NCBI GenBank assembly: GCA_004431415.1
Contig: QPMI01000254.1
Coordinates: 1 to 64,000, forward strand
Origin: Cyanophora paradoxa CCMP329
Taxonomy: Eukaryota; Plantae; Glaucophyta
DNA: 64,000 nt
Reading direction: 5' to 3'
Under the pieces are notes generated by a model. It was not told where the DNA came from, ran no database searches, and saw only the letters and a program-made list of their open reading frames with translations. Below are positions 34,701 through 48,647 of the stretch, one piece after another (within the stretch, counting starts at the first letter, position 1; every line of letters begins with the position of its first letter). The position numbers and the translations under genes were made by a program.

Positions 34701-37700
34701 GGGCCCAGCGCCACCCGCACGCGCGGCGCCCCCTCCCCGCCCTGCCGCCAGTCAGCTGGCTCGCCGCTCTGCAGAAAGGAAGGTGGGGGCGGCGCACGGC
34801 GAGGCGGGCGGCGGCCTCGCGGGCGGGGGCCTCGTCGGTGCGGAAGGTGGCGAGGATGCAGAGCTGGGGGACGGCCTCCGCCGCGAGGGCCGCCGTGAGC
34901 GCCAGCGACGCCGAGTCGGCCCAGTGCGAGTCCTCCAGCACCAGCAGCGTCGGCCCCGCGCAGGCGGCGCGCAGGAGGGCGAGGAGCATGGCGGTGAGGT
35001 TCTGGGCGCGCAGCTCGGCCCCCATCTCGTGGACGAGCGGGCCCGCCTCGAAGCGCAGGTCGAGGAGGTCGTTGAGGAGGGCCGCCTTGGGGGCCATCGC
35101 CGCCGGCAGCAGCTCGAGCAGCCGCGCCTCCGCCACCCGCCGCGCGCGCCGCGGCAGCGACGTGTGCGGCGAGGCCTCCGCCGCGGCGGGGGCGTCGGAG
35201 AGGCGGGAGGCGGAGCGGGAGAGGAGGCGGGGGGAGGCCGGGGCGGAGCCGCGCGCGTTGGCGGGCCCCTCGCGGGGCCCCGCGTGGAAGGCGAGGACGT
35301 GGCCCCCACGAGCCCCTTGGAGACCGACTTGGAGCTCCCCGCCGGCCGCAGCGAGCCCGCCGGTGGGAGCGCAGCCGCCGCCGGCGAGAGGGGCGCCGGG
35401 GCCGGCGGCAGCGCGGGGGAGCCGTCGGGGAGGGCGAGGGGCGAGACGGGGTTGGAGACGGCCCCCGGGAGGGTCGGCGGGGGCGTGCGCCCCGCGCGGC
35501 GGGGCGGAGGAGGGGCCGGCGGGGCTCGCCAGGAGGGTGGAGGCGAGGCCGGCGGCGCCGCCGGGGCTGGCGCGGGGGTCGGGGGAGTGCGGGCTGGCCC
35601 CGTCGTGGTGGTCCCCGTGCTCGTCGATGCCGGCGAGGCGCCCCAGGGCGTCGGCGGCGGAGGCGAGCACGGGGCCCACCGAGCCACTCGACGTCGTCCG
35701 CGCAAACCGCAGCGAGCGCACGCGCGCGCCCCGCACGCCGGCCGCCTTCTCCCGCTCCCGCTCGGCGGCCGCGTCGGTCCACGAGTGGACGCTGGTGAAG
35801 CTGGCGTTGCGGGGCAGCTCGGCGCCGGGGCGGGGGCGGGCGGGGCCGGGGGAGGCGAGGGCGTCGAGGGCGGGGAGGGTGTCGCCCTCGGAGCGGAAGA
35901 GGGCGAGGAGGAGGGGCCGCCACTGGAGGTAGGGCGCCCCCCGCTCCATCTCGCTCGCCGCCCCGCACACCACCCGGAAGCCGAGCTCCTCCCCCCGCCG
36001 GCACGCCTCCCGCACCACACGCGACTTCCCTGCGCCGCCTCAGCCGCTGGATCCGGGGCGGGCGGCGGGCGGCGGGGCGGCGGGGCGCGGCGCACCCATG
36101 CCGGCCTCCGCCTCGACGAGGATGAGGCGGCTGGCGGGGGCGGCGCCGGGGGCGGCGCCGGCGCCACCGCCGGCGACGGCGGCGAGGGCGGCGTGGATGG
36201 CCTCGGTCTCCTGGGCGCGCCCGCGCATCACCGCCGCCACCGACTCGAGGCCCCACGCCGCCGTCGACGCCGCCCGCGTCACGTGCCGCGCGCTCGACGC
36301 CACCCGCCGGCCCCGCCGCCGCCGGTTCGCCCGCCCACGGGCGTGAAGAGCCCGCCGTCCGAGCCGCCCGGCGAGCGCAGGCCGTCCGGCATCGGCTCGA
36401 CCGACTCGGCCCGGAGCGCCCCGCGGGGCTCGTCAGCGGGGACCCCCGGGGCCGGCCCCGCCGCCTCCGCCTCGTCGGGGGCGGCGGGCTCCGGGACTTG
36501 GTCTGGGAGCCGCGGCGCTGGCTGTGAGTCCGGGAGGGGCCCCCGGCGCCCTCCGAGGCCGAGGGCCCCGACGCGGTGGAGGCGGGGCGCCCCGGGGCGA
36601 CGTCGGCGCTGGGCCGCCGCCCCGCCCCCAGGCCCTCCAGGCCCATGCTCGAGGGGCCGCCCATCGCCACGCTCATCCGCCGGTCCCGGGGCCGCGTCGG
36701 CATGAAGACCTGGCCCCGCGCGGCGGCGCCCGGTGAGGGGGCGCCGGGGCAAGGGCGGCGGGGCGGGGCGGACCTTGACGGGCTCGGCGATGCCCTTGAG
36801 GGAGAGGGGCGGCAGCTCCTTGTACTTGAAGAGCCTGCGCCCGCGCAAGTCAGCCGAGAGGGAGGCGGATTGGGAAGGGAAGCGGCCGTGGGGCTCGGGC
36901 GCACTTGGCGGTGGCGGCGTGCGTCGTCTCGTCGACGAGGATCTCCTTGCCGGCGCGGCCCATCAGCCGCGCCGCCTTGTTCACCACGGAGCCCACCTGC
37001 CGGGGCCTCAGCGCGGGAGGGAGAGGGGCCGGGCGGGCGGGCGGGCGGGGCGGGCGGGCCATGGCGTATTCGGCGCGGTGGACGGAGGAGGTGTCCCCCA
37101 CGAGGCCGCAGAAGACGCGCCTGCGGGCCAGCGAGCGAGCGCGGGGGTCAGGGGCGGGGGCAGGGGCGGGAGGGGCCGGGCGCAGGGGAGGGCGGGCCCC
37201 GTGCAGATGCCGATGCTGCACTCGAGGTCCATGTCCTCGAGGCGCCGCTTGGCCTCGAGGGCCGTCCCGACGGCCCGCCCCGCGTCGTCCGCGAAGCCGT
37301 GCGCCGTCCCCGGCAGCCCGAAGGCCGCCAGCAGCACGCTCCCCTTGTCGTCCGAGACCACCTGCCCCCGAGGCGAGATCACAGGGCCGCCCTTCTTAGC
37401 CTTCTCCCCCGACCACTTCTTCTTCTTCAGCGCACCTGGCGGAGGCTCCCCTCGTGCTCGGCGAGGGCCCCCTGCACGGCCCGCACCGCCCCGTGCAGCG
37501 CCCCCAGCGCCGGGCGGGGCGCGGGCGCCCCGGGCCCCCCCGCCTCGGCCTCCTGCGCGTCCTCCGCCGCCTCCAGCCCGAAGAGCGCTGCGCCGCCGGC
37601 CGGGGCGCCGCCGTGGGCGCAGGAAGCAGGCACAGATGCAGGGCCCCGCGGGGCGGCGCGGGGGCCGGGCGCACCGATGAAGAGGACGGAGGCGGTGCGG

Positions 37701-39295
37701 TTCTCGGCGAGGAGGAGCTCCGGCTGGCCCCGTACAGCCTCTTCAGCGCCTGCGCGCGCGCGGCCCCGGCGTCAGCGGCGAGGCGGCGGGCGGGCGCGGC
37801 GGGCGGGCGGGCGCGGCGGGGGGCGGCTGCTCGGGGGCGCACGCTGGCGTTGGTGACGTAGCCCTCGAGGGCGGCGCGCACGCGCTCGCGGCGGGCGGCC
37901 TCCATGCCGGCGAGGGCGGCCCCGCGGCGCCAGTCGCGGGGCCGGAGGGCGAGGGCGGGGGCCGGGGGCGGGAGGAACTCCAGCACGCGGTAGAGGGCGT
38001 CGCCGGCCTCCGGGAAGGGCAGCGGCACCGTGTTCTCCCCGTCCTCCGAGAGCAGCACCGCGCGGCAGGCCCCCTCGGGCAGCCGCCCGTACGCCTCCCG
38101 CGTCAGGATCGTCTGCGAGGGCGCCGCCGCCCCCTCCGCCAGCAGGCACGCGCTCAGCGCGGGGCCCGTCACCAGGAACTCCCACCGCCCGCCCTCGCCC
38201 CCCACGTGCGTGCTGCCCGCCTCGTCAGGCGGGGCGCGGCGGGGGCGGGGGCGGGTGCGGGGGCGGGGCGGGGCGGGCGGGCCAGTAGAAGGTGCCGGTG
38301 CCGATGCCGATCTTGACGCGGAGGCCGGGCCCGGCCTCGTCCTGGGGCATCTCGAGGCCGAGGCCGCGGCGCGTCGTGGCCCCCCCGCGCGCCTCGGAGA
38401 GCAAGTCCCCGCGAGAGGCCCGCCGCGCCCCGTAGAGGGTCCCCGCCGCCCCCGAGGCCCCGCCCCGCCCTCCTCCCTCGGCTGCTGCGGCGCGAAGAGC
38501 GCGAGCAGCGGCGCCGGGAGGGCCGCCCAGTCCCGCCCGAGCTCGGCGGGCCGAGGCGGGCGGCGCCGTGCGGCACGTGCAGGCTCGCCGGCGGGCTCAG
38601 CAGCGCCCCGAGTGCGGCGCCGCCAGCGTCTCCGCCGCCGCCCGCCCAGCGACGCCACCGCCTCCTGCGCGGCGCGAGGCTCGAGCGCCGGCGGGCGCGC
38701 GGCGCGGCGGGGGCCGGACCTGGATGGCGGTGGCGGCGGCAAGCGCGCGCAGGACGGCGGTCTCGGGCTCCTCGGTGAAGGAGCAGAGGAGGGCGTCGCC
38801 GAGGAACTTGAGAACGTCGCCCCGGTGCTCGTGCACACACATGATCATCCGTCCAAACAGCCTGCGGAGTGTCACGTGCACCGCAGGCGCAGCGGCGCGC
38901 GGCGGCGGCGACGCCGCAGCCGGCGGGGGCGAGCGGCGTGCGCACTTGTTCATGATGACCGCCACGTCCTCGGGGGAGAGCTTCTCGCTCATCTTCGTGA
39001 AGCCCGAGGTGTCGATGAACACGCTCGCCGCCTCGATGGCCCTCTCCTCCCCGCTCTCCCGAGAAGGCCAGCGGTCCTCCGGAGAGGACATGTAGCGCTC
39101 CAGCACCACGTCCGGCACGAAGCTAACCGCTACAGTGTCTCTGTCTACTGTGTCTCTGTCCACTGTGCTCTGCCGTCGTGCTGACGGGAAGCCGCCGGCG
39201 CCGGGGTTCTCGGACGCCCGGGGGTCGAAGCTAAGCCGCCGTGCCGACAACCCGCCGGGGTCCGGTGCGCGCCTTAAATCTGCTAAAGACGCCAT
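31776..39295 (-). CDS. Soluble adenylate cyclase (ADCY10-like): two class III cyclase domains + STAND ATPase + TPR-like helical region
   Basis: C1: VFIDTSGFTKMSEKL...GDVLKFLGDALL...VKIGIGTG. C2: DDKGSVLLAAFGLP...SIGICTGRVFCGLVG...EYAMVGSVVNKAARLM...LKG. P-loop EAEAGMG|KS; LVLEDSHWADSAS; GRPLFTEEL; LPDSLQGVIVARIDRL; FKHQLVVDVAY. Confidence 0.92.
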
Positions 39296-39360
39296 CCTAC
39301 CTACAGAGAGTGACCGCTGGCTAACTCACCCTAGCACATGCTATTTCTCACGCAATCGGT

Positions 39361-39533
39361 GAGGTTTGACGGACGAAAGTTTGGACGAAAGTTGAGGTTT
39401 GACGGACGAAAGTTTGGACGAAAGTTGAGGTTTGACGGACGAAAGTTTGGACGAAAGTTGAGGTTTGGACGAAAGTTGGACGAAAGTTGGACGAAAGTTG
39501 GACGAAAGTACTAGTTGGACGAAAGTTGGACGA
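39361..39533. repeat. GGACGAAAGTT minisatellite upstream of the cyclase start codon
   Basis: Same three 33-bp units plus 11-bp units as at 1296-1486, with a different unit arrangement in the 3' part. Confidence 0.95.
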
Positions 39534-39704
39534 TTCACGATTGCAGTACCCCTTCACGCCCGCAGAACGGACAGCTGCAGGGCCCTGCGCGAGCCGGCTA
39601 CGCCGACCACGCCGGAAAACAGCGCTACAGTGAGCATCCCCGCGCACTGCGCCTTTCAACCCCGCTCACGCCCCGCACGGCCAGCCTCCCGCGAACGACC
39701 AGGA

Positions 39705-40500
39705 ATGAACACGGTGCGATACAAACGAGCACGACCCCCGCTAGCGCACGTATGCTAGCGCTCGCCCCGCCCCGCTCTCGCGCGATCTGGCCCGACGCCA
39801 TCCCGGCTGCTTTCGCATCTGCCCGCTCGATCGACCGCGGTCGCCTCTTGCTTTCGCCTTTGCCCGACTGACGTGCGCCCCTCCCGCCCCCGGCGCCAGA
39901 TCGGCCCCGCCGTCTGGGGTGCCGCCGTCCTGGGGCCCCGCCTCGGGTTCATGAACGAGGGCAACGCGTGCTACGCCATCGCCGTGGTTCACTGCATCGC
40001 CGCCATCCAGACCATCGTCGCCGCCCTCGGCGCCGAGAACTGGCAAGGCGGCGTCGCGGGACAGCTGCGGGAGCTCGTCTTGCAGGCGCGCGGGGCCGGG
40101 GGCGCGGCGCCCCTGGGGAGCTCGAACGCTCGCTAACGAGGCGCAGGTGTGCGAGGGGCGTCCCAACAGGAAGGACGGGTGCCCCCCCAGCGCGCAGGGT
40201 CCTGCGCGCCCCTTCGCCGGGGTTTCGCATGGATCTACACGCGCCCCGCTCTGGCAGGCCACCCAATCCCTCTGTGCGCTCTTCGGCGAGCAGCACTCAC
40301 ATTGGGCACCAGTGCGCCCCCTTCGTCTTCGATTTCGCGTGTTTTATATAATGAATTTAATTTCGCGCGCGCGGCGTCGCGCAGGCGATCCGCACGGATT
40401 GCGATGGCCCCAGTACCCCAGCTTCGATCCGACGCGGCGCGATGCGGCTCCACCTTACGCACCTTCGGGAGCGGGGGAGGCCCGGTACCGGTCTCCCGGT
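39705..40500 (+). pseudogene. Truncated ubiquitin-specific protease (peptidase C19)-like gene, Cys box only
   Basis: LGFMNEGNACYAIAVVHCI resembles the USP Cys box GLxNxGNTCY; typical introns follow; no His box found. Confidence 0.45.
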
Positions 40501-40967
40501 CCGGGGCTCGTTGGGGTTTCGGCCCCCTCGGGCAGCATTCCTCTCCCTTAGGGCCAGTCCGTGGCGGGAACGGGCGAGCCTCCGGGCACGGCCCGCACCT
40601 CTGATCTTCCGATCTTAAGCACGTAGGGTAAGTAGACCTAGGTTTCGATCTCGAGCTTCGGCATTCGATTTCGATTTTCGACGTCGCTTGCCCATCTGAC
40701 TGAGCCCATGGATTCGACCGGCGGCCCACTGCTAGCCAAACAGCTACTAGGGCTAGTCCAGATGTCGTTGGTCGTCTCTGAAATGCATCGGTGTCACGCT
40801 ACCGGTATTCGCGTGCGAAGTTGGTGGCCCTCAGCGAACTAGCTCAGCTAAGCTATCCGGATAAGATTACAAGCTGCTCGCCCGCCCCGTCAACCCACGC
40901 TGCTGACTGCTCCCGGTGCTCCGTCTCCGAGCTTGAAGTCAGAAGAGCAAGCATACCCCTCAGCGAA

Positions 40968-42185
40968 ATGCAGCCACGGGCGCCAGCTTTCTCCCTCGGC
41001 GTCGTTGCAGCGCCACGGCGCGCAATCGAGACATTGCCCTCAAGTGCACTTGGCAGGCTGACCGCCGAGCGGCCGCGACGGCCGCGCCCGCGCCAGCTGC
41101 AGCCGGAGAAGGGCGGCTTTGCGCAGAGGAGCTTCTTCTATGTTGAAGGAAACGCCTACCGGAGTGACGCCAGCCACGGCGAGCGCCCCGAGGCTATGCG
41201 GGTCAGAAAGGGTTTTTTCTGCGACGCACTGCGAGGCGTCTGATTCGGATTGGGCCGGGCAGATCGGAGATGTAGATGAGCGCCGCATTTCCTATCCCTG
41301 GCCGGCCGACACTCTGCTCTCCCACCTGCAGAACGGGTGCGCGGCGCGGCCCCTCGTTTTGTACGCGCGTCCTTTCTGCTGACGCCCTGCAGGATCGTCG
41401 CTTACGAGGAGAGAACGGCATCGACGTCGTCCGCAGATCTCGTCGGGACGCAGCTCTCGAAGGCAGCAGCGAAGGCGGCCGCAGAGGCGCAAGCATCGGA
41501 CGCGCCACCCGCCGGGCCCTCCGCCCCGGCGCAGACGCTTGAGGCGGTGGTCATCAACGCGGCGTTCGCCGTCAAAAGCGCGGACGAGGTAAGCGTGGAG
41601 CTGGCGGCGGAGGAGGCGGCGGACGGGGACGTGGCGAGGGCCCTGGAGCGGTACCTGAGGACGCTGGAGCTGCACCGGGGCGCCGTGGCGCGCTCGTGCA
41701 TCTCGGCGTTCACGACGGGCCTGGACGAGGCCGGCGACATCGGCCTCGACGCCGTCCGCTTCGGCGTCTCCCTCTCCCTCGAGGACGCCGGCGGCCGCGG
41801 CGGCTTCGGCACGGTGCGCGCCGGCTCCCCCGCGCCGCGCCCCTCCTCCTCCGCCGGCGCCGCCTCGGCTGAGCTTTGGGGCTGCGTGCGGGGCAGGTGG
41901 CGCGGCACCTGCGGGGCGTGGCGGTGGACGAGCGCGAGGCCTTCCTCGAGTTCGTCCTCTGCGCGGGGGACGCCCGCCCCACCCTCACCGTCCGCCCCCC
42001 GCCCCCCGCCCCGCTCGCCCCGCCCCGCTGCGCGGCTCACGCGGTGGCGGCAGGTGCTGACGGTGCTCGTGGCGTGCCCGAAGCTCGAGCTGCCGGACCC
42101 GCGCCGCCCGGGCCCCGACTACGAGGCCGAGGTGCTGGCGGCGCTGCGGCGGGCGGCGGCCGGGGCGGCCCCGGGGCGGCGCTAG
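40968..42185 (+). CDS. Small protein with a divergent HECT-like domain
   Basis: FAVKSADEVSVEL, ERYL...CISAFTTGL, DEREAFLEFVL and ACPKLELP appear in the order of the HECT motifs (F...DG..VEL; EY...AF..G; ER..FL.FV; TC..L.LP). Confidence 0.5.
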
Positions 42186-43454
42186 GGCTCGTGGCGCTGC
42201 GGAACGACGTGGAGTACGGCGGGGGCCGCGCCACCTCCACGCCCACGTCCTCTGGCGGCCCCGCGGCGGGCCCACCCGCGCCTCCTCCCAGTGGCTCGCC
42301 CCCTAGCCCGCCCCCGCCCCCGCCCCGGGCCGCCCGCCCCGCTCCACGCCCCGCCGCCCGCCCCCGCCGCCCCTTGTACAGCCCTCCATTCCTTCTCTTC
42401 TTTTTCCTTGCGTTGTTTTCCCTGATCAGTCAGATTGTGTTCAGGCTCGAGCTCCCTGTATAGTGCCCTCTTGTGCCGTCCTCCCGTTTGCCCTTCTACA
42501 GTTGACACCATGGCATGTACAGTCGTTGTAAAATACAGTGAAGTGCAATACTACTAGTAGGCTACGGTAGGCTCAAGCCGCTGACTCAGTGATCATGAGC
42601 GTCGAACTTGGAAGAGAAGGCCGGGCTTCAAGGCTTGATCATGATCGTGCTCAGAAGCCTCAGGGCCTCAAAGCCTCAATTGCAAGTTCCAAGTTCGCGA
42701 TCGTGACTCAGTGAGCCCGAAGCCTTGAATCGAAGCCTTGAAGGCCCCCAGCCTCAGCTGCCGCAGTGCCGCCAGTGCAGAGGGTGGCAGTGGCAGCCCG
42801 GCCAAGCCTTGAACGCTTCCGAAGTTCTCACTGAGTCAGATCGCGAGTAACCGAACTCAAGTCGTTGGCAGCGCGCGGCGGCGGCCTCAGCCTGGCAGGG
42901 CCGTGCCTGGCAGCTCGCGATGATGATGAACCCGCTGGCAGCTCGCCAACTCGGCGATCGCGAGTCGTGATGCCATGGCAGATAAATTCGGCAAATTTAA
43001 ACGATCTCGATCAATTGGGGCATGCTATGCCCCACGGGCATAACAGAAAAAACAATGCTGAGAACGATCGCGATCATCCGATACAACGGCCGGGATGCAT
43101 ATGCTGATATACTTAGCCTAGTAGAGCCTACTGCCTGCTATCTGGCTCCGAGCCTCCTAGGTTGCGAAGTCGATGAAGCTGAGAATAAGCGACTGTGTAA
43201 TATAATTACCGAGCTCTGTGAGGCTGTAGATAACGACGCTGTCCTACCCTAAGCTCAACCCTTCCTAGGCCTAGCGAGCGCGCGCCTAGACGGAAAACCT
43301 TTGCAATCATCACATAATACAAAAAAAAATCCAGATCGCCAGATAGAAACCAGAAAAAGATCAAGGACTAAAGTTACACGATCGGGGCAAACAGCAAGTA
43401 CATTCTGGCGAGAAAGAGAAATGGGGCGAAAGTAGAACGGGCTAGGCGGCTAGG

Positions 43455-46190
43455 CTAGGCGAGGGGCGGCGGGGCGGGCTCGGCGTCGAGCATTACGGTG
43501 TCGGGCGCCTCGGGGGGCCCCCGGGCGGCGGCCCCGGGGTTCTCGGGCGGGGAGAGGGAGCCCATGCTGGGGCTGACGCTCGCCGAGGCGGGCCCGCTGG
43601 CGCTGGAGTTGTAGGAGGAGGTGAGGACCTGGGCCGAGGCGGGGCGCGCCATCGCGATGGAGCGGGAGTGGAAGGAGAGCGACTCCAGCTCCTGCAGGCC
43701 CGCCGAGGTCGGCGAGTCCGGCGCCGCCGCCCCGCCCCCGCCCCTGCCCCCGCCCCCCCCCGCCGCCGCTGCCGTAGAAGTGGAGCGGGGGCGTGGGGCA
43801 GCTCTCCGCGCTCCCCACGCTGTCGCGCCGCTCCCGCCGGATGCCCTCGATCAGGCGCGAGGTCGCGGAGCGGGCCCCGGCCTCGCGCTTCGCCCGGGGC
43901 GGCCGCTCCCGCTCCGGCGTGGCGGCGCCGAGGTTGGCGAGGCCGGCCGTCTCCGTGGCCGAGGCGACGCGGCGGACGGTGGAGACGGCGGCGGCCTGGC
44001 GGGCGGGTCGGGAGGCGCGGGGCGCGCGGGCCCACCGCCCGGGGAACTCGAACCGCACCTCGGGCAGCATGGGGACCTCGAAGGGCGAGTCGGTGCAGAG
44101 GCGCGGCCGCTGGGCGCGCACGCCGTCCGCCGAGGCCGGCAGCAGGGAGACGAGGGGCGGCACGGGGGCCATGACGGGCGTCGCCGCCTCGTCGGCGAAC
44201 TGGATGCGGAAGAGGTTGTGCACGCGCGACTCGTCGAGGAGCAGCTGGTCGCGCTCGCGGTGGACGAGGAAGACGGAGAGGGGGTGCGTGAAGAGGTCGG
44301 TGGTCGGCTGGAGGGCGGCCCCGGCCTCGGCGTAGAGCATGTGGCCGTGGTAGCTGGGCAGGCGCGTGATCTCCTGGAGGCCCCGGATGCGCTGCACGAG
44401 GCCGCCGCGCGACACGCTGCAGAAGACGTGGAAGACGTGCGCCCGCGGCTTGAAGGAGGCCGGCAGCTTCGGCTCGCGCCCCTCGAAGACGTCGAGGGCG
44501 GCGAGGAAGGGGTCCCAGCTCGTCACGAAGGCGGCGAGGGCCGGCTTGTAGCCCCCCGAGAAGCGCGCCGCGACCTCGAGCATCACGGGCTCGCCGGCCT
44601 CGGAGACCTTGCACTCGAGGTGGCACGGCCCGACCCGCATCCCCACCGCCCCCGCCACCGCCCGCCCGTACTCCGCCAGCCGCCCGAACCGCTCCCCGTC
44701 CGTGCAGTCGCACAGCTCCGCCCGCTGGTACACCGGCACCCCCTGCGCCCCGGCCCGCTCAGCGCGCGCCGCCCGGGGCGCCCCGGGCCTGGAACCCTCG
44801 CACCGCGTCCTCCCGCTTCGTGTACCGCCTGCGGGGGAGCGGTCAAACCGGGAGGAAGGGCCGGGGCGAGGAGAGGGCGGCGGCGCACCAGATGTCGGTG
44901 ACGTGCGTGCCGTGGTCGGGCGTGCACATCATGTTCACCTGTCAGCGTCCGGTCAGCGTCCGGTCAGCCGGCGCACGCGCCCGGAGGGGCCGCCGGCCCC
45001 GCAGGGGGAGCGCACCGCGAACTCGGTCCCCGGGAGGTACTCCTCGACGAGGGCGTAGGGGGCCCGCCGCTTGAACCAGTCCGGCGTGTTGAGCACGTTC
45101 CCCACCGCCGACTCCACCTCCGCCCGCGAGCGGCATATTTTAACCTGCGGCGGCCTCCTCAGCGGGGCGGGGGACTCGGCGCCGGGCCGGAGAGCCGGTC
45201 ACCTGGACGGTGCCGGCGCCGGCGGGGGTCTTGACGACGATGGGCCAGCGGTCCTCGTGCTTCGCCAGGGCCGCAGCCACGTCCAGCTGCGACCTGCATA
45301 CCGAGAAGCGCTGCGCCCGCGCGCCCGCCCGCCCGCGTCAGCGCCCCGACTGCTCGCGTCGGTCACGGCGCGCGCGCGCGCACCGCGCAGCGGAGGCCAG
45401 CGGCCATCGCGGCGACTTTCATCGCGAGTTTATTCCTTCGCGCCCGGAACTGATGGAGCGTGTTGTGGGGCAGCCCCAGCGTCGCGGCGATCTGGCGCGC
45501 GGATCAAATTGCGTTTCTGGAGCGCCACGGCGCGCTTCGCGCGGGCCGGGTTGACGAGCGAACCAGGTCACAAGTGTCCTGTCCCGCGTCGTTGTCAATG
45601 GACGCGCATCCGACGTAGCGGATGTTTTCGGTGATTGCGAGCGCCTGCAGCTGGTCGACGGCCAGCGCCACGCTCGTCGCCCCCAGAACGTGACTGAATC
45701 TCGGCTCCCACGTTTTGAACCACTGCAACACCGCATCGATGTCCAGCGGCCCCTCTTGCCCCCACTGTTGAATCGCCCAGCGCGTGTCAGCTCCTGATGC
45801 GCGCCCGCGCGCAGGGAGAGTGCCGCAGAACAGATTAGCACGCACGTGGCTCTCAAGACGATGCAGGATCAAGGCGACTGCGATGTCCCCTCGCGCCACA
45901 CATCGCGCAATCAATTCAGGGTCTTGAGAGAGAGGGTCCAGGAAGATAAAGGCCCGCCTCGTGCCGTCCCCAGTCTCTTGTCTGACTCCAACTGAATGCT
46001 CGGCGCCGCCTGGCGGGGCCGAACGGAGCGTCAATAACGCCCGGCGCGAGCGGTGCGCGCGGGGGACCGCCGTCGTCAGCCCCGCACGCCGGAGCCATTG
46101 AACGACTAGATCCGTCGAGTACGTGCGTATACACGCACCCGCGACCGGGACCACTCCGACGTCCATGGGCGGGCCGACTCCACTTTCCAT
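43455..46190 (-). CDS. ATP-grasp ligase (L-amino-acid ligase / NikS-like)
   Basis: LGLPHN...ARRNKLAMK, WPIVVKTPAGAGT, LVEEYLPGTEFA|VN, HVTDIW|RYTK, GPCHLECK, MLEVAARFSGG, LQPTTDL. Confidence 0.8.
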
Positions 46191-46555
46191 GCGCGCCGAT
46201 GCGCGCGCCGCTCGCCGACACCGGCCGGGCCAGTGTGCTGTCACCTCCCTATGATGCTGCGCAGCTAGGACACCCAGCTAACTCCTCCGGCCACATGCTT
46301 GGCTCGGTCCGCACTGCAAACCAGCGCGCGAGGCCTGTACCCCTCTAGAGTTCTGACCCCCTGACGGGGCTACCGATTTCCAGCCACATTTGTCTCCAGG
46401 TCCGCGCCACCAACGTCCTCGACCGTCTCGCCGCTGCTGACGGCGGGCGGTTTTTTCCTGCGCAGTCCTCAACACTCCACAACCACCGACGTGAGCGCCC
46501 GCCCGCCCGCGATGGTTTTTTGAACCGCGGATGGCCGCCTCCCGCCATCCCCTAG

Positions 46556-48277
<1,722 letters not shown>

Positions 48278-48553
48278 GCGTCTTGCTAGCGTCTCTTTGG
48301 GTTAGCCGTGTGCTGGCCCGCCCTGTCGGATGTGGACCACGGGTAGTACGGTCGTTGCGCGTGAATGTCTCAATCAGAAGGAACCTGCACCCTATCCTGT
48401 CTCGTTGCAGTGGTTCGGGCGCCGGGCGGGGCGGGTTGGGTCTTTGCATGCGGATAGCAACCGGAAGCTGTTTTAGCCTCAACAGAAGCTGTGTGGACAA
48501 CGCAGCGATCGAATGTTGGGCGCGAGCGTCGGGCGGTGAGATTGCGGCTAGTC

Positions 48554-48647
48554 CGAGCACAGCACACGCTGCATTAACAGCATGCGCAGGGAAGAAGACT
48601 GCGAGCACAGCACACGCTGCATTAACAGCATGCGCAGGGAAGAAGAC
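48554..48647. repeat. 48-bp tandem duplication
   Basis: CGAGCACAGCACACGCTGCATTAACAGCATGCGCAGGGAAGAAGAC occurs twice, at 48554 and 48602. Confidence 0.9.
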
